Positions 7,810 to 16,619 of a stretch of 29,630 nucleotides of DNA are shown here, piece by piece. Position 1 is the first letter of the stretch; the number at the start of each line of letters is the position of its first letter. Location: contig DAOVER010000037.1 of NCBI GenBank assembly GCA_030668875.1, positions 1 to 29,630 of the forward strand, read 5' to 3'. Below the pieces are notes generated by a model. The model did not search any database. It had not been told where the DNA came from and worked only from the letters and a program-made list of their open reading frames with translations. The position numbers and the translations under genes were made by a program. This stretch comes from Candidatus Heimdallarchaeota archaeon (GTDB taxonomy: Archaea > Asgardarchaeota > Heimdallarchaeia > Heimdallarchaeales > Heimdallarchaeaceae).

Positions 7810-9450
7810 TTATTCTTTTGTAGCTTCTTCTTTTTCTGCAGGTTCCTCAAGAGTTAATGGGGGAGTTAATAATGCGGTGGATTCGATCAAGCTCTTACCA
7901 TCAACAATATTTTGCTTGATATATCCAAAATAATCAAGTTCATAAATATATTTTGAAGCAACTTCAGGACTTATGTTCAAGATTTTTGATAGTTCTTCTT
8001 GAACTAAAGGTCTTTGAAAGTCATTTAAGATATAAAGGACACGATATTTCGGATCAGTATTCAAAAATGCTTCAACAGATTTTAGTGTGTTTTTAGTTTG
8101 ATCTATTTTCTTCTGTAGTTTTTGAACATTAAGCTCATATTGATACTTTTCTTCAGAGGACATTGTCCCTTGTTTTTCCATAATTTCTAGAGTGTTCTTG
8201 GTAGCACTTAGCTCTTTGTTTGCTTCATCAAACTTTGCTCGTAAATCTTGAATTGTTTCATCATGATCAAGCAATGTCTGTTCTAAACTCTCCTTTTCAA
8301 TAGTTGCCTTTTCAGCCATATCACGAATGTCATTCATTTCTGATTCTTTCTCTGCAAATTGCATCATGAGTTCATCTGATTGAGTTTTAAGAGTGTGTGC
8401 TTCCTGTTCTTTTGAACTAATATCTTGTTGTAGCTCAACCATAGTTTCAGCAAGTCTTTCCATATCTGAATCTCTTTCTTGGAGCTGTTTCCTTAATGCA
8501 TCAATTTGAGCGCTTTCCTCTTGCTTTCCATCAGCTTGTTCTTGAATTGAGGTTATCTGTTGTTTTAAAGATTCAACCTGTGTAGCTTTTTGTTGAATAT
8601 CAATTTTCTGATTTCTAACGGTATCCTCATGTTCTGCTATTTGATTTCTAAGGTTAAAGTTAGTCTGACGTGATTTATCCAATTGTTTCTGCAGATCATC
8701 GAACAATTTATCTTCCTTTGATGCTGATTCTGAAGACATGGCGCGTAATTTAGTTTCCATTTCTTCAACATGTTTAGCCATTGCATCACGTTCTATTTTA
8801 AGCCTGTTAAACTCTGATTGGAGATTGTTTTTCTCTAAACTTAATTGATGAACCAATCTATCTTTTTCCATAATCACTTGGTCTCTATTTTCAATGATGG
8901 TATGGTCCACACCAACAGTGGTGGCACGTTTAGATAACTCATCTATCTGCTGGTCTTTGCTAACTAAAACAGTTTGAAGATCAGTTATTTCATTCTGTAA
9001 AATAATGGTTTCAGCTTTGTAATTCCCCAAGGCATCACTCATTTCATCTATTCTTACAGAATCTTCTTGAATTTTTGTTTTTAGTCCAGGTATTTTACCT
9101 GCTTCTTTTTTGAATTTATCTAGCTCATCTAACATTTCCTTGGTTATCATACCTGCATCTACAAAGCCTTGCTCAATACCTAGTCTGATCTTTGATGTAC
9201 TTTCAGTTACAACTGTAAGATGAATATCTCGAAAGAGGTTTACATAACTATTCTTGAAATTACGTATTATATTGTCCACTTCAGAAACAGAGTATTGTGC
9301 TTTACCAGGAGCAAGAGAATTACTCTTTATTTCCTCCGCTCTTGCCTTTGTTTGCTCTTCTGAGGAATTTCGAACTATCCTCATATCTCCTAGGAATTTT
9401 TTAATTAGTGAGCGCACTATACTGAATGGACTATCAGATTCTACTGCCAT
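7810..9450 (-). CDS. Long coiled-coil protein with C-terminal winged-helix domain
   Basis: About 350 aa of heptad-rich E/K/Q/L sequence followed by YRVLYILNDFQRPLVQEELSKILNISPEVASKYIYELDYFGYIK. No Walker motifs, so not an SMC ATPase. Confidence 0.75.
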   Translation of the reverse strand: MAVESDSPFSIVRSLIKKFLGDMRIVRNSSEEQTKARAEEIKSNSLAPGKAQYSVSEVDNIIRNFKNSYVNLFRDIHLTVVTESTSKIRLGIEQGFVDAGMITKEMLDELDKFKKEAGKIPGLKTKIQEDSVRIDEMSDALGNYKAETIILQNEITDLQTVLVSKDQQIDELSKRATTVGVDHTIIENRDQVIMEKDRLVHQLSLEKNNLQSEFNRLKIERDAMAKHVEEMETKLRAMSSESASKEDKLFDDLQKQLDKSRQTNFNLRNQIAEHEDTVRNQKIDIQQKATQVESLKQQITSIQEQADGKQEESAQIDALRKQLQERDSDMERLAETMVELQQDISSKEQEAHTLKTQSDELMMQFAEKESEMNDIRDMAEKATIEKESLEQTLLDHDETIQDLRAKFDEANKELSATKNTLEIMEKQGTMSSEEKYQYELNVQKLQKKIDQTKNTLKSVEAFLNTDPKYRVLYILNDFQRPLVQEELSKILNISPEVASKYIYELDYFGYIKQNIVDGKSLIESTALLTPPLTLEEPAEKEEATKE

Positions 9451-9557
9451 TTATTCCAGCTCTAATCCTTTATGTTATATAAGATATTAAGATATTTGAA
9501 TATAAATGAATTTCGTCAGTTCGACTAACAAATCAACTGTGTTTTTTGAGAATTTCT

Positions 9558-10241
9558 TCAATTAACAGTTAAGGAAAGGTTGAACATTACATCTCTATAT
9601 TCATCAATTTCTTGTAAAAAGCCTGACAAATGACTATAAGAGACAATTGGGATTTCAGAGTAGAATTGAAGGTTATATGCCCTCCAAGAAACAATTAGCG
9701 GTAAGAAGATTATTTTTCTTTTTATTGGTAAAGCCAAATTTGAAATTAAATCCTCTGATATTATAGGGAATTGCTCAAATAAGACTTCCACCCTTTCTTT
9801 CTGTTTCTCAGCAGAATTCTTTAGAAAACTAGAAGATCCTGTACTATGACGTTTACAATCAATAGCAAACAAATATGGGAATTTAAACGCTAATAAATCA
9901 ATTTCATATTTTGTAAACTCATCTTTGAATCTAAAATTTGTCATAACAGAATAGTTGTTCTCATCAAAGATTGTACTTATTATATGCTCGAAACTCTTCC
10001 AATCCAGTTTTTCCATAATTGGTGACGAATCTCTCCCATGTTTTAATAATGCATAAACTATCTTTCCTTTCTCATTTTCGCTAAACGCTGTCTTATTAAA
10101 AAACTCATCCAGAGAATAGTTGATTGATTGAAGAATCATCTGGCACTTGAATTTCTCATTTCGTGAAAATTTGGTTGTTTTAAGAACATCTTTTTGTAAA
10201 ATGTGATTTAAAATTATTCGAGTGACAGTATCAAGCTTCAA
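9558..10241 (-). CDS. PD-(D/E)xK restriction-endonuclease-like (Mrr/NERD-type) protein
   Basis: LDWKSFEHIISTIF...YEIDLLAFK...AIDCKRH carries the E..D..DxK catalytic set; TTG start with GAGGG upstream. Confidence 0.72.
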   Translation of the reverse strand: MKLDTVTRIILNHILQKDVLKTTKFSRNEKFKCQMILQSINYSLDEFFNKTAFSENEKGKIVYALLKHGRDSSPIMEKLDWKSFEHIISTIFDENNYSVMTNFRFKDEFTKYEIDLLAFKFPYLFAIDCKRHSTGSSSFLKNSAEKQKERVEVLFEQFPIISEDLISNLALPIKRKIIFLPLIVSWRAYNLQFYSEIPIVSYSHLSGFLQEIDEYRDVMFNLSLTVN

Positions 10242-10269
10242 GTCCGACCCTCAAAGAAATAAAGAAAAA

Positions 10270-11052
10270 TTATCCTGGTTTAGCAGATTTCACTCTTTGT
10301 ATAATAATTTCCCTTGTTAATTGTTCTATCGGCTGTGCAACTTTTTGAACGCTTAAGGGTCTTGCACCTCTCTGTAATCTTCCATAATCATCTAGTTTGG
10401 ATTTGATATCTGGACTACGGAGCAATGTCATAAGCTCGTTCCTAGCTTGGAGACAGGAGGTTTCAATTACTCTCATGTAAGCATCACCTTTATTTGAAGC
10501 TAATTTTTTCTCTACTAACATATCTAGGAAATTATCTGTAGGAGTTCTATCTTCTGCTGGCATATCTATTTTGTTCAATACTACTATGAATGGCAAAGAT
10601 TTTCCTAAAGTATCTCCTTTCAAAGAGAGAAGTTCTGTTAAGCTTTCGACATTATCATCCCACATATTTTTACTGGGATCAAACATGAAAATTAAGCCAT
10701 CTGCTCCTTCAAGAACTACTTTTCTCTGTATGTAATGTCTTTTTTGTCCAGCAACAGTCCATACTTGATACCGAAGTTTTGGTACGCTAACTCCTTGACC
10801 TTTAGGTAACTCAAAAGTGCTTTGATCATAAAATATGGTTCTCCCGCTGGGGTCGTCAATTTTCTTTAAAGATGAATAAATAGTTTCAGGATCTTCAACT
10901 TTTCTTAGTACATTATAAACAGTAAGCATACTTGTTTTTCCAGCTAAAGAAGGACCATAAATTACCAATTTAAGGTAAGGAACTCCAGAACCATCAACCT
11001 TGAAGATATCTTTGATAGTTAATTTTCCTGACATCGCTTTTCTTGCCACCAA
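10270..11052 (-). CDS. MglA-family small GTPase
   Basis: G1 YGPSLAGKTS, switch I GRTIFYD (MglA RTLFFD), G3 WTVAGQ (MglA TVPGQ), VVLEGADGLIFMFD, G4 NKID. Confidence 0.85.
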   Translation of the reverse strand: MVARKAMSGKLTIKDIFKVDGSGVPYLKLVIYGPSLAGKTSMLTVYNVLRKVEDPETIYSSLKKIDDPSGRTIFYDQSTFELPKGQGVSVPKLRYQVWTVAGQKRHYIQRKVVLEGADGLIFMFDPSKNMWDDNVESLTELLSLKGDTLGKSLPFIVVLNKIDMPAEDRTPTDNFLDMLVEKKLASNKGDAYMRVIETSCLQARNELMTLLRSPDIKSKLDDYGRLQRGARPLSVQKVAQPIEQLTREIIIQRVKSAKPG

Positions 11053-11063
11053 TAGTTTGTTTT

Positions 11064-11099
11064 TTCGAATTAAGATTTTAATTTATATAATCTTTTCGA
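11064..11099 (-). promoter_or_regulatory. TATA box of the GTPase gene flanked by an imperfect inverted repeat with TTCGA half-sites
   Basis: Minus-strand TTATATAAAT at 11081-11090, about 30 nt upstream of the start. TTCGAA-TT-AAGATT (11064-11077) pairs with AATCTT-TTCGA (11089-11099). Confidence 0.4.
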
Positions 11100-11207
11100 G
11101 TATGAAGTCTAATTCTTTTATGTTTTGGAATTCTATTAAATCTTACTATGGTTTCAACCATATTTTGTCAGAAAAATAAGGAAACGCTGATTTTTCTTAA
11201 CATATCC

Positions 11208-11915
11208 TTAAACACCTTGATTATGCTGTTCAGACAAGCTTTTTTCATCTCTATGCAAAGATACAGCAAGCTCAGCTACAATGCCATCAAGAAAAGCTAA
11301 AGCTGCTTGCTCAAAAGCAGTTCCTTCGGGAGCTAAGGTACTGTCTAAACCTTTACTTCTTCTATTTAAATCAGATTTTGTTCTTCCTTTTAATTTCACT
11401 GTAACATCACCTAATCTTCCAATCACACTTTGTGGATAACTAGTTAAGACAATTACGAATGGATTATAGATCAGATAGGTTTCCAACATTGCTTTAACAA
11501 TTGGTGTAGTTCCAGAACCACTTACTACAATAATACTATCTTCCTCTTTTAATCTTGGTACAGACCTAGTGTTGGTTATAAAACGACATTCTACTCCAAA
11601 ATGCTCAAGCCTTGTTTGGAACATTTGACCAACCATCGCACTTCTACCACTTGCAAGTATATAGATCCTTTTCTTATTTTGAATATCTGATAATAATCTA
11701 TCTCTAACTTGCTGAACATATTCATAATGTTCCATCATATGTGCGATGTTAGTTTGAAGGTTTTCAACCATGAGCTGCATAGCCAAGATAATTGCAGAGT
11801 GTTCAGTTTGCTGATTTGCTAAATTCTTAATGCGCTCATCATAAGCTAGAGAACGAACAGATTTATTTACCCCAGAATTCTTTTTCTTTCCTTTATTATT
11901 CATTATTACCCCCAC
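11208..11915 (-). CDS. hxlB: 6-phospho-3-hexuloisomerase-like SIS-domain protein with N-terminal extension
   Basis: RIYILASGRSAMVG, TRLEHFG, IVVSGSGTT, TSYPQSVIG, LAPEGTAFEQAALAFLDG match the PHI family pattern; somewhat divergent. Confidence 0.72.
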   Translation of the reverse strand: MGVIMNNKGKKKNSGVNKSVRSLAYDERIKNLANQQTEHSAIILAMQLMVENLQTNIAHMMEHYEYVQQVRDRLLSDIQNKKRIYILASGRSAMVGQMFQTRLEHFGVECRFITNTRSVPRLKEEDSIIVVSGSGTTPIVKAMLETYLIYNPFVIVLTSYPQSVIGRLGDVTVKLKGRTKSDLNRRSKGLDSTLAPEGTAFEQAALAFLDGIVAELAVSLHRDEKSLSEQHNQGV

Positions 11916-12079
11916 AGATAGATTTAATGTACTTGAAAAATGGCTATGAATTGAAGCTAATTTCCCAAGTTAAGATGTCTATGTGCTGAAGGTTTTAGTT
12001 ACTTAAAAATCACTCGGTAAGAAGCGAAAGACCATAAATAAAATTATAAACAATAATATGAGAATTAGAATGGAGTAAT

Positions 12080-15013
12080 TTGAAACTATTAGACAAGCTA
12101 AAGAAAAACTACAGAATGTCGTCAATCTGTATACTCATTTTTTGGATTCTAATAGTTTCAATAAATATGAATAAGATTTTCAATTTGAATGATTTTATTG
12201 CTGACGAAAGTTCTAGTTTAATATCATCTGGAGATATTCAAGAAGCTGACCGAGGTGCAGACATCTTAGGTCAATTCAGCGAAGATAATAGTAGTTTCCA
12301 GATAATAATTCACAATCCAAATGGTACAATTCTAACTGAAGAAATGAGAGCAACTATTACGAGCATTATAAACAATATAACAAGTAACCCAAAGATTGGT
12401 CCTTATCTTTCCTCAAAATTACCATATTCGTCTCTTTTTGATGATGCAGATAATGTGTTAAGGACAATTTTTAGCCTACAATGGTTTGCAACACAACTTT
12501 CGTTTTCTTCAGTTCATTATATTTGGGGAGGTATTGATTATTTTTCCAGTATATGGTTAGATAGATACAACATTTCCACAGATGTCACCATAGCAACTGA
12601 TACAACCGTTTTCCTAACAAAAGATTATCTAGATACATTGATGGATTCGTTCAATGAATCTAGATATTTACTAAATGCTTATGCTTTCTTTGACTTACTA
12701 GCGGAAAGTTTCAAAGTATCTGCAAACCTCACACTTCCAACTACATCACAGGACGTAATAGATTTATGTAAGGATATAGTAGTAGCTAATAATTCACTTT
12801 TTGAATCCTATGTAGATGATCCAAGATATCTTCAGTTATTGCTCTCTATATCTGAAGATTTTAATGAGACGAGATGGGATGAAAGTGGATATACTTACCA
12901 ACAAATTACAAAGTTTCTGTTTAACTCGACAGATAGTTTTAGCATTGATTTCGTTAAGGAAGTATATGCTGATGGTGATATTGAAGGTTTTGTAAATGCA
13001 AAAAACAAGTATCTAATGGATGTTCTCAAAAGAGAGGTGGAACTACCTCCTATTTCATTAGGAATAGTTGAAACATTCTTGAAACAATATACAAACTATA
13101 AAAATGAAACATCTCTTGTTGATACAACATTAATTACATTTAGAATGTCGTTAAGCCATAGAAACGAGATAGGAAAAGAAGTTTATATTGAACTTCTTGA
13201 CTTTATGGAAGATTTGCAGTCGAATTATGAAGATTTAATACTATTTGTAACCGGAATTAATCTATTCATAGTAGAGCTCTCACTAGATTATATTCAACAA
13301 CTTCAAAAAACTGATATAATAATAATTGTTACGATTATTGTAATTCTAGCCTTGGTATACAGATCACCTGTTTTACCAGTAATCCAACTGTTCGTATTGG
13401 GAATAGCGTTCAGTATCTCAAGGTTGATATTCATTTTAATAGGCAATATGGTGGGAGGTTTATCAGGTACAAGTTTAATTTTATTAAGTGTAAGTGTACT
13501 CGGAGCAACAACTGATTATTGTGTATTCCTCATGGGAGATTACTTGATTCACATTAAACAAGGGAAGAATAGAAGAGAGGCTTTACGAAAAACTCTAAAG
13601 AGAACATCTAAAAGTATCATCATCTCTGCTATTTCTCTGACTGTAGGTTTTGGATCTTTCATCTTAAGCCGGTATTCAATTATGACAGGGATGGGTTTTG
13701 GAGGAGCTATTGGCTTTTTTACAAGTATGGTTGTTTCCCTAACAGTTGTACCTGCGATTCTTCTTCTAATAAATCCAAAGTATCTAACTAAATGGAAATT
13801 ATCTTTAAAGAGAAAAAAGAAACCAAGGTTTTCAGCAATAGATGGTGTGAAAAAAGCAGTTAATAATCCAGGAAAGGTATTAGCTGTTGCATTTGCTTTA
13901 GCAATAATAGGAACTGGGTCTTTTCTTTTAGTTCCTACTGATTATGCTCAAATTTCTACTGCACCACAGTCTTATCAGAGTAGACAAGGTTTAGATGCTT
14001 TGAATTATTATATGGGGCCTGAATTTACTAGTCAAATAGTAATATTGTTCCACACTCCAGAAGGAGAAGGTTTCATTCGAGATAATCAGAGTTTAAATTA
14101 TGATTCTATCAATATTGTTCGTGAATTGGTCGAAACGGTATTAGCAGAAATTGATTTTTCCCGAGTCATAGGAATAAGTCATCCTATTGGGGAACCATAT
14201 ACAACAAGTAATGAGAACAGTTCCTATTTCTTAAATGAGGAAATCCAAATTCTAATGAAGAATTTTGTACTTCCTGATGTGACATATGGAACACTTATCC
14301 TTGGCTCTAATTTCGAAGAAGGAGATAGAAGGTTAGACATACAAATAGAGAGAACCAGAGAAATAGTAATTGAACAAAAGCAAGAGAAGGGTATCGAAGA
14401 TTGGGATATCTACTTAACTGGTTTTGCACCTATTCTTTACGATTCCAAAGTGGGTATAGCTGATGATTTTCTTCTCATTATTGTAATAGCGTCAATAACC
14501 ATTCTTGTCCTACTCTTCATTTTTATGAAAAGCATTTTTATGGCTCTTCGAGTGTTAGTAACAATCTTAATATCACTAGGAATCAGTCTAGGCTTCCTAG
14601 GCGGGGTTAGCTATTTCTTCTTGGGTGGAACTATATATTGGATCGTTCCTTTACTTCTTTACACGGTACTAATTGCTTTAGGGTTGGATTTTGATGTATT
14701 ATTCTTGGGAATTTTCAATGATCTCAATAAGAAAGATAAAAATGTGAATAAAAATATAGTTGACGCTGTGGATCAAACAATGAGTAACATCTCTGTTGCG
14801 GGAGTTGTCATGGCTGCTACCTACTTAACATTAGTTTTTACATCATCGATTCATATGCAACAAATAGGATTAGGATTAGGTATTGGAATTCTCGTAGATG
14901 TGTTTGTATCAAGATTATTTATTGTACCTCCTGCAATTGTTGTTACAATTAAAACAAAAATATTTAGCAATAAGAAGAAAAAGAAAACGGAGAGTAGCAC
15001 AGATGAAAAATAA
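12080..15013 (+). CDS. MMPL/RND-family transporter
   Basis: Two repeats of a TM plus extracytoplasmic loop plus five TMs; TM4 GATTDYCVFL, TM10 ALGLDFDVLFL; TTG start after GGAG. Confidence 0.88.
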   Translation: MKLLDKLKKNYRMSSICILIFWILIVSINMNKIFNLNDFIADESSSLISSGDIQEADRGADILGQFSEDNSSFQIIIHNPNGTILTEEMRATITSIINNITSNPKIGPYLSSKLPYSSLFDDADNVLRTIFSLQWFATQLSFSSVHYIWGGIDYFSSIWLDRYNISTDVTIATDTTVFLTKDYLDTLMDSFNESRYLLNAYAFFDLLAESFKVSANLTLPTTSQDVIDLCKDIVVANNSLFESYVDDPRYLQLLLSISEDFNETRWDESGYTYQQITKFLFNSTDSFSIDFVKEVYADGDIEGFVNAKNKYLMDVLKREVELPPISLGIVETFLKQYTNYKNETSLVDTTLITFRMSLSHRNEIGKEVYIELLDFMEDLQSNYEDLILFVTGINLFIVELSLDYIQQLQKTDIIIIVTIIVILALVYRSPVLPVIQLFVLGIAFSISRLIFILIGNMVGGLSGTSLILLSVSVLGATTDYCVFLMGDYLIHIKQGKNRREALRKTLKRTSKSIIISAISLTVGFGSFILSRYSIMTGMGFGGAIGFFTSMVVSLTVVPAILLLINPKYLTKWKLSLKRKKKPRFSAIDGVKKAVNNPGKVLAVAFALAIIGTGSFLLVPTDYAQISTAPQSYQSRQGLDALNYYMGPEFTSQIVILFHTPEGEGFIRDNQSLNYDSINIVRELVETVLAEIDFSRVIGISHPIGEPYTTSNENSSYFLNEEIQILMKNFVLPDVTYGTLILGSNFEEGDRRLDIQIERTREIVIEQKQEKGIEDWDIYLTGFAPILYDSKVGIADDFLLIIVIASITILVLLFIFMKSIFMALRVLVTILISLGISLGFLGGVSYFFLGGTIYWIVPLLLYTVLIALGLDFDVLFLGIFNDLNKKDKNVNKNIVDAVDQTMSNISVAGVVMAATYLTLVFTSSIHMQQIGLGLGIGILVDVFVSRLFIVPPAIVVTIKTKIFSNKKKKKTESSTDEK

Positions 15014-16619
15014 GATACTCACTTGGTTAATCATTTTAGCAATTATATTGCCTACTATTCCAACAGCATTAGCTGAAACAGAAGAGGATTTTCGAAGCAT
15101 GAGTTTTGATGAAAAAGGTTACTTACTTAGATATGATATTGTTCAAGGTGACAATCTAGATAACGTTTTTTCAGATATGGGTTTCAACCTAAAGGGGACA
15201 CTCTCAAATGCTGAACTGCATGTTGTATTAAAAGATAGAAAAACTGTACTTCAAGATATTTATCTCATTGAAAAGGATAAATTTGAGCAGATGTATGTAA
15301 CATTATTTACAATGGAAACTTATGTCCTCCTTACAGAGTCAATTGAGGTAGAAGTAGATACTACAAGTGATGTTATCTTAGATTTAATTGATTTTAACTT
15401 CCAACCAGTAGAAGAAGAAATAATCAATGTTGTACTTCCAGCAGGAACAAGCATAGTTGTTCCAAAAATATTTACTAACATAACTAGACCTAATTTTGGT
15501 AGTATGTTAGAAAATCTAGATGTTTTTGATTTCTTACCGCTTGTTTTGGACTACGATTATACAAGGTTTGAAGCAGAATTTGCAACATTAGTTTTAGATC
15601 AAACTTTCTCAGTTAATGTATTTAATCAAGGCTATGATGACTTTACAGTGTCTCTAGAAGCAAACGTCGAACCAGCAATTTCAATGAAAGCTTCTTGGAA
15701 TAAAGAAAGTGGTATACTAAAATCATTTTCCTCTCACATTACTTCTGGGAATGAATCAACCACATTAATATTCTCATTAATGGACTATGAAAAAATTGAA
15801 TCACCAATAGACATTCCAGTTATTGATTATTTCATGAATAACAGCAAAGCTGATTTTGAATTTTATGCGGGTTCAAGCTCAACAGAAGATCTAATAATAG
15901 ACTGGGCAAATTGGGTCAATCAACTAAATCAAACATTCGGGATACAGTATGCCCTATTTGAATCAGGGTTAGATTTTGATTGGAGCATGCGCATTTATGA
16001 TTCAATCAATCAGTTATACTCTTTGCACACACCTATTCACAACTCATGGACAGCTCTTATGCCTCCGATTCTTCTTCCACTATGGGAAAGATTTGAAGGC
16101 ACTATTATTCTGATTCAAGAAGTCTTCAATCAGCTAGAAGATAAATTAAATGGATATCAATTTGAGCTGAAAGGGGTCACAGATACCCTATACACAATCG
16201 AGAAAGTTGAACTTAATATTGAATATCAGTATTTAGAGAATATGCATAATGTTATTTGGGATATATCTATCAAATACCAAGGAAATAACACTCAAACAGT
16301 TATTCCACGTGTTTTTGTAAATGAAGTTTATTATAATACAACTGGGTGGTTAGCTTATTCTGATGAAGGACTTCTGAAAGGTTTTTCACACTCATTTCAA
16401 GAGAATTTTCACTCTTATTATGATCCTGAGGAAACAACTCGTATAACTAATTATTTCTTTGAATATCTAATAGAATCCAATATTCTAAATTTAACAATAC
16501 CTTCGTTTCTACCAGATTTGAATAAGACCAGTTTTTCCAATTTTGGGCAGATAGTTTTTTATGTTCTTTTAGTCTATTTTATTTGGAGAAAAAGACGTCA
16601 AAAAAGTGTATTCATGTGA
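15003..16619 (+). CDS. Secreted/cell-surface protein with C-terminal TM anchor and basic tail (CTERM-like)
   Basis: Start reassigned to ATG 15003 (MKNKILTWLIILAIILPTIPTALA, a signal peptide), overlapping the MMPL stop. Acidic beta-rich body; ends FGQIVFYVLLVYFIW-RKRRQK. Confidence 0.75.
   Translation: MKNKILTWLIILAIILPTIPTALAETEEDFRSMSFDEKGYLLRYDIVQGDNLDNVFSDMGFNLKGTLSNAELHVVLKDRKTVLQDIYLIEKDKFEQMYVTLFTMETYVLLTESIEVEVDTTSDVILDLIDFNFQPVEEEIINVVLPAGTSIVVPKIFTNITRPNFGSMLENLDVFDFLPLVLDYDYTRFEAEFATLVLDQTFSVNVFNQGYDDFTVSLEANVEPAISMKASWNKESGILKSFSSHITSGNESTTLIFSLMDYEKIESPIDIPVIDYFMNNSKADFEFYAGSSSTEDLIIDWANWVNQLNQTFGIQYALFESGLDFDWSMRIYDSINQLYSLHTPIHNSWTALMPPILLPLWERFEGTIILIQEVFNQLEDKLNGYQFELKGVTDTLYTIEKVELNIEYQYLENMHNVIWDISIKYQGNNTQTVIPRVFVNEVYYNTTGWLAYSDEGLLKGFSHSFQENFHSYYDPEETTRITNYFFEYLIESNILNLTIPSFLPDLNKTSFSNFGQIVFYVLLVYFIWRKRRQKSVFM

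Noticed and set aside
7810-9450. SMC/Rad50 or ESCRT-III/CdvA assignment for the long coiled-coil protein
   Set aside because: No Walker A/B, hinge or zinc hook, and no recognisable Snf7 or PRC-barrel signature.
6081-9490. Short ORFs 6081..6278, 6320..6517, 7243..7446, 7452..7676 and 9254..9490
   Set aside because: Wholly or mostly inside longer genes with recognisable domains; compositionally typical of off-frame translation.
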